From the NCBI GenBank assembly GCA_973895155.1, contig OZ316897.1, positions 1,514,515-1,578,514 of the forward strand: a stretch of 64,000 nt of DNA, written 5' to 3'. The stretch comes from Marsupella aquatica. Its lineage: Eukaryota; Plantae; Marchantiophyta. Positions 57,997-64,000 of this stretch are shown one piece after another. Below the pieces are notes generated by a model that saw only the letters and a program-made list of their open reading frames with translations, was not told where the DNA came from and did no database searches. A program made the position numbers and the translations under genes. Every line of letters begins with the position of its first letter. The stretch's first letter is position 1.

Positions 57997-59990
57997 ATGG
58001 ACACTCGTCTCTTTATCGGTTCATGGAATGTCTGTGGCTTATGTGAAGCCAATCGAAAACACATTGTGAAAAATTGGATTACATCGCTCAAAACTCCATT
58101 GATAGCTCTAGCACTACAAGAGGTTAAAGCAGATAAATTTTGTCTAGACTTAGCTTTACGTACTATTCTACCTTCCTATCAACATCTTTCTGCTGAGTCT
58201 GATGAGGGCAAGGGCGGCACTTCCCTGTTGGTGCATCCTTCGTTTCAAATCACTCAATCCGGTTTCATTGACAAGGGCAGAGCAGTCTGGTCAAAGGCAA
58301 ACTTGCATAAGGACATTTTGGGATTGTGAGTATCTATGCTCCTAATACCCCTAGAGAGCGGGCTATTCTGTGGCACGACTTAAAAATCACTTTACCTCAG
58401 GATAACTGGATTGTCTGCAGAGATTTCAACATGGTCGAAAGAAGTTCAGACTCCACCGGTTCTTCACCACTACTCAAAGGAAGAGAAGCGGAATTTTGGA
58501 GGTTTTTCAAAATGAGATTCAACTTAGAAGATGCTGCCAACGTCACACAAGCATTTCGGGGTGCGGAATTTACTTGGCGGCGTATCATCAACTGCAAACT
58601 AGTGCAATCTAGACTAGACAGGTTCTACTTGAGTGGAAAAAGCTGGTGGACGGGAGCGGTGATCGACTTGCTACATGAAGGTGGAATGGCTCTATCTGAT
58701 CATGACCCTGTTATTCTATGTTTTAGTCTCTCTCCTCCGGTTCTAGAAAGAAATGTGGCACACAAATCCTCTTTCTTCAAGGCTAACGCCGGGCTTCTCA
58801 AATTGAAAGGATTTATTGACAAACTTGCTGTGGCCTGGACTTTGAGTGAAGTCACGGTTTCAGACCCTCACCTACGCTTCTATCAAGCGAATCTACGTTT
58901 AAAAGACACATACAAGGAAGTTCAATACACCCTGGGGGATCGAGAAAGGGATGTTTCCCTCCTGCGAGGAAAACTTTGAGTCTTGAAAGCTGCTCTTACA
59001 AACACTTCAACTGATTTGGAACTCAATGACTATTCTACCATTGAGGACCAGGTCCGTGCAGCGGAACACAAAGATGCGCAACTAGGCAGAAGACTCTCAC
59101 GGATCAGCTGGCTGGGGCAAGGTGATGAACCTTCAAAATTTTACTTCGCCACCATTAAGGCGAAAAGGTCTAGAGAATCGATGCCTTCTCTTCTGTTAGA
59201 TAATGGGAACACTATCACTCAGGATGTGTTGATCTTACAAGAAGTAGAGAAGCAGTGCGCTCTTTTGTATGAAGCTCCTGAGGATTTACGTAACAATGAA
59301 TCAAGGGAGGTCCGTAATGCTCAGCGCAAGCTTTTTGCGAATACCCGCAAGTCCCTTACGGCAAAAGAAATCAGGAAATTGGAATCTCCGCCGACATTGG
59401 AGGAAATCCGTTGCACTCTTTGGCTTCTTCCAACGGACAAAGCTCCTGGCCCCGATGGCATCACTGCTGAGATTTACAGATCTTGCTGGCATTTTATGAA
59501 GAATGATCTGCACGACATGATTCTTGACTTTTGGAGAACAGGCACACTCTCAGCTAATCTGAAGGAAGGCATGATTAAGTTGATTCCTAAGAAATGTGAC
59601 AAGCAAAGATTGAAGGATTGGCGTCCTCTAACAATGCTCAACACAGTTTATAAAATTGTAGCGAAGCTTCTGGCCTTAAGACTTTAACCGCTCCTCAATA
59701 AGCTCATAAGCCCTCAGCAAACCGGCTTTATTTCGGGTCGTCACATATTAGAAAATATCTCTATTGCTTGGATGACTGTCGATTGGGTCTGTTCCCAGAA
59801 GACGAGTGCACTTTTCCTGCTTCTTGATTTCAAAAAAGCATTTGATAGAGTATGCCACTCCTATATCTGGGAAGCTATGCATTTACTCGGTTTGGGTAGC
59901 TATTTCATTAGCCTGGTTAGATCCCTGCTAACTGGAGCCTATTCCAAAGTTCACGTCAACGGTATGTTCTCTCAGGACATCCAGATGCTT
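57997..59990 (+). pseudogene. L1 LINE ORF2 (APE endonuclease plus RT N-half), 3'-truncated
   Basis: SWNVCGL, LQEVK, SIYAPN, DFN, SRLDRFY, SDHDP, KAPGPDG, WRPLTMLN and LDFKKAFDRV. Confidence 0.93.
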
Positions 59991-60019
59991 AGATGTTCTC
60001 TCAGGACATCCAGATGCTG

Positions 60020-61393
60020 AGATGATGTCGCAGGGAAATCCTGCTACACAATCGGAAGTGTCAAATATGGATGCAGATTCTTTGAAGAAGAGTGTAGCCA
60101 ATTCTCGATCACCAGCACAAAACACTCGTGCCAAAGTCATGACTTGCAACCAAGGTATGAATAATGTCATGTATAAGCCACCCAGGAAAGCCAAGAAAAA
60201 CAGCCAGGGTAAGGTGGAGGTGATAGCCACAGCAGAGCCAGTCCATAATCTTCTATCATGGGAGAATGACTCGCAGGTATGTGTGGGTACAGGCATTTTG
60301 CAACCGGATCATGCTAAATTCCATGGCAAAGTGGTCCCAGATGACCATGTAGTAGTGTTGTTGACTACAGTGATTGTATCTGATTGTAATTTGCCATTTC
60401 CGAATAGAGACGATGATCCACCTCAAGAAATAATTGCAGATGCAGTAGGATCTCTTGTGCTCTGGCCATCAGAGTGTGTTAGTCTGCAGTGACTGAATAC
60501 AAGTGTAGATAGAATCATGTGAATTGTGTTACATTTTGACATTGCCTTGGAAAAATCCAATAAATATCTGTACCAATTTTTCCATTTGGTAAAGAGGATG
60601 AAGGAGCCGTTGTGTGTGACATTGATATTTCTGAATTCTGTATGTATGAAACAAGTGATTGATGTCAAACTATGGCTCTATGGTGATTGTCTATGATACT
60701 TGAATCTGTTTTGTATCAATTCAGTATTAGTGTGTATGGTATAGACGAATGCTTTGTGACCTTCTTTGTAGTCTATGATGTTTGAATCTGTGAATTCATA
60801 TTAGTGTACATGGTATAGATGATGACTTTCTGAAAATTTGTGTGAGGTTCTAATGTTAACATGGTGAATGGTGACCTTATAGAGTGAGTTCATTCCAAGT
60901 ACACAATAAAACATGAATGAAATGTGTTATTTGTGCACAAGAGTGAGTTCATTCCAAGTAGTATAGTGGGGTCTTCATCACTCATTTCCAGTTGACATGA
61001 AAGACTTGTACATACCTCACAAAGTGTCTACTTTAGTCGTTTTATAAACCCCCACAAAGTGTCTACTTTAGTCGTTTTATAAACCCACAAAGTATATTTA
61101 AAGACTACCCTCCATAACCTTTTGAGTTGTTCCCAACGACTCACCATCGCAGCCCATAAAAGACTGAAAAAGACTCACCAAACCTACCCACACAAAGACT
61201 ACAATAGACTGAAAATCCAGTCTATAAAACGACTTATAAACCAGTTCTATAAAGGACTCAGTTGATTTTAGTAACAAAACATACGACTCATAGTCCTATA
61301 AAGGACTGGAGTCCTTCCCAGTCGTTTCCAAGTCCTATACGGTACTGAATAGTTGTTTAATGGGGTCTAAATACCCCCCGGTTTCTACTAGTG
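60020..61393 (+). mobile_element. 3' end of a CACTA element with subterminal repeats and TIR
   Basis: Ends GGGGTCTAAATACCCCCCGGTTTCTACTAGTG. AGACT/AGTCG subterminal repeats. Abuts the LTR-family copy. Confidence 0.88.
60022..60492 (+). CDS. CACTA TnpA/Tnp1-like C-terminal domain fragment
   Basis: FHGKVVPDDHVVV...LPFP...IADAVGSLVLWP is typical of the En/Spm ORF2 C-terminus. Confidence 0.7.
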   Translation: MMSQGNPATQSEVSNMDADSLKKSVANSRSPAQNTRAKVMTCNQGMNNVMYKPPRKAKKNSQGKVEVIATAEPVHNLLSWENDSQVCVGTGILQPDHAKFHGKVVPDDHVVVLLTTVIVSDCNLPFPNRDDDPPQEIIADAVGSLVLWPSECVSLQ

Positions 61394-63377
61394 TACCCTA
61401 AGTAAACTACCCCCTATACTTACTTTTCTTAACATGATGGCCTTACAACTTTGAACAACGGTAAGTACCCTTCCCTAGAGCCTAACTAAAGTAGTATGGG
61501 TGCAAGAAAGGTCAGCCCCTAAATCTGGTAGTCATTCCCCTATGTCGACTTTGGTTTGCAAGCTATCGGGACCCCCTCATGGCCTTGGCTAAAAATATAT
61601 TTGAGTGACTCTTTTTCTGGGTTTCCACCTTCACCAAGGGGTGCCTTACCTTCCCCTAACTTAGCACAAAAACATTTGGGCCCCAACGGATACCCCTAGC
61701 CAAAGTTATGCCCATTCTCCCAAGGCCTGTTTTTGGTGTAAAGCGGGTGTAAGCGGTGACCCAATTACATTTACTTTACACGCCCCTTATGGAGATTCCA
61801 GGTGTCACCAGGGGAGAGTACTCTCATTATACTCACGTTTCTTATGGAGATTTTGGTAAGGACATCAATTTTCGTAACCATTTTCCTTTCTCTTGATTCA
61901 ATCTGAAAGTACATCATTCTCTGTTGGATTCGAATGGCAATAGGTCAATCTATAGCTCAACCAGGTTTGCAGCATCCTTCTCAGTCCACCTCCATAGCCA
62001 TCCAGCCTTGCAAGTGGTTCAAAATCGCAGCAGAATTTTGCAGTAGCCATAGCCCACCAATTCGCAGCTAGCCCTCTTAATTCCTTCCTTGCAGTTGGTC
62101 TGTTTGCTACTACATTCAATCAATTTGCTAGCAGCCTAGCTCTATTCTCCAGCAGCCGGCCATAGCTCACCCTTCTCAACTTTGTAGCTAGTAGAGCAGC
62201 AACACTATTGAGCTAGCAGCATACTTACTAATCAGCCAACACTCAACATCTCGTGCTTGAAGCTAGCCCTTCTAATTCTGGTGCAGCAGTAAGTCTGATC
62301 AGCTGCTAGCCCTTCAATTTCATAGCCCACCATAGCTCACAGCCAGCCAAATAGCTCTTGATCAGCATCAGCCTATTTCTCCATAGCAAGCAACTCTATT
62401 CCAATCAGCAGCATCGAGGCAGCCAGCCAATTCTGATCAGCATCACATGCCTGAACCTATAGCAGCTCAATTCAATTTCGTAGCTGCCTCTTGATCCCAA
62501 TTCGAAGCAAGCATCTCATGTATTGACCCTTATGGTTTTCCTGACCTCGTGCTTGAGTCGCCCCGGCCTCGTGCTTAAGTCGTGGTCGCCGCCGACGCGG
62601 TTGACACTTAGCAAAATTTTGGATTTTTTTGTTGGGAAAACAGTATTTCCAGGCCATTTTGGACCGCCCCCAAAAATCACACATGAGTCCAAAATGACTT
62701 CTAAGTATATATACATATTTTCTGGACATAGGACTATGTCCTGGTTTACTAATATCTAAACAAAACCTTATTGCCGATTTTCTAAAATTAGGTAAAGTGG
62801 GTCAATTATTATGTTTTCCAAAAGTCTTCTCACCTTTGAGATGCTCCCAAAAAGTAACCAAAGATACCCAGCTTCTACCTCAAGTTTCCAGGGATATAGT
62901 GGACCATATTTAACCCACTTCCAAACTTGGAACTCCTAAATTTACTCATCAGCTATTTTTCCCGGGACCCGCTATTTTGTTAATTTAAGTCACACCAAAC
63001 ACAAGGAAACCCTAGGTTGAGACCCCACTTGACATCTAACTTTTTAGGGGTGCTCTAGGGACCTCCTAGCATCTATGGGAAAAATCTGAACCAAAACTAA
63101 GACTTCAAGTGTCGGGTTGTTTCTCCGGCTCGGAATAGTCGCCTATTCTAAATAAGGACGGAACGTTGTATGCCCCATCATAAAGACCTTTCTTATCCCT
63201 TGTCACTTGCTTACAACTCAGTAACCTTTCATTCCACTATCTTTCCTATTCTACCTACTTAAGTTCCTAAAACCTAGTTACTCCGATAGCACTTAAAATG
63301 TCTTTCTTACTATTCCTTATTCCAAAAGCAAAAAAATGACAAGTTTCTTACATAAACCTATATCGAGCCATTCCACA
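61394..63377. mobile_element. Right part of a third 2.76-kb LTR family copy
   Basis: Colinear with 39675-41678; ends GAGCCATTCCACA. Confidence 0.9.
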
Positions 63378-64000
63378 GCTTCAGCATCGTTGTCGCTTCC
63401 TTCTACTCGGAGTCGTCATCATCCGACCCATCCTCCGAAGGATCGGCCACCTCCTTCCCTTTAAGTTGACGGCGCTCTGCACTTGACGTGTTTGCCGCAG
63501 CGGTCGACGGTTCGGCCGTTGCATCTTCATCATCATGCTTGTAATGTTCGTCTAGGGAAGTTGACCCGTCCTCCTTCTGTTCATCTTGAACTTGGGCTCT
63601 CCCCTTGGTGGGGGGAGCCTGTTTGCCACTCTTTGAACTAGTGTTTTTAGCCATGTTCCCAGCGACAGAATCTGCCCGCAGTCGACCCGTCGGGTACGTT
63701 GAAGCACTAAGTCCCCACAAAAATCCGTTAAGACACTTAGCACAACCGCGGCCCGGTGTCTATGCCAGCAATTGCTCTGATACCACAAGTGGTGGACCTC
63801 GCCACCCAGCGCCCTCACCAATCCCAGCACTCACGCCTAAGTGCCCCTGGTGCCCAAACGCCTCCACGGAATACCTCGAGCAAGCACCCTAGTGCCTCTT
63901 GCACCACCAGCGGCCCCTCCCATACGAAGCCGCACTTGCTCACCTACACGACCGCTACTCAATGGTCCTCACTGCCTGCGCAAGCCACCAAGCACCTCGG
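63378..64000 (-). mobile_element. 5' end of another LTR retrotransposon (LTR part, tRNA-Met PBS, gag-like start)
   Basis: PBS TGGTATCAGAGC (63785-63774). ORF MAKNTSSKSGK begins at 63654 and is cut by the LTR insertion. Confidence 0.7.

Noticed and set aside
35902-61393. Single 25-kb CACTA capturing the RPF1 gene
   Set aside because: The TIRs face inward but differ in sequence and the flanks (AGT vs TAC) are not a TSD. Not fully excluded without other haplotypes.

Overview
Eukaryotic land-plant DNA, probably non-flowering (bryophyte, lycophyte or fern; not resolvable here), made mostly of nested transposons around one intact host gene. That gene is an 11-exon RPF1/Brix-domain ribosome biogenesis gene (45999-50534) with a U12 intron and candidate intronic snoRNAs. 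The most unusual system is a 9.35-kb Ty3/Gypsy element (3831-13182, minus strand). Its polyprotein carries a complete DNMT3-like C5 cytosine methyltransferase between protease and RT, and a PHD finger after the integrase. It has no tRNA PBS but a Tf1-like self-complementary primer site. Its repeats are permuted (A-internal-B-A-B), as if a 2-LTR circle had been opened at an internal GACA|GC|TGTC site, and it has a 4-bp TSD confirmed by an empty site elsewhere in the window. It sits inside a large CACTA/EnSpm element carrying a co-oriented, intronless cargo array: a Cys/His-rich ORF, a stand-alone EDM2-type composite PHD, tandem Pol-lambda-like BRCT domains and an F-box. A second, inverted and decayed copy of this array (about 28.9-33.7 kb) is joined to a much more divergent transposase. 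Also present are captured RPL18a fragments, a Copia relic, a 2.76-kb solo-LTR family (3 copies), a second LTR family with antisense coiled-coil ORFs, two adjacent L1 LINEs, a MITE and several CACTA termini. Domain calls come from motif recognition by eye, not from database searches.
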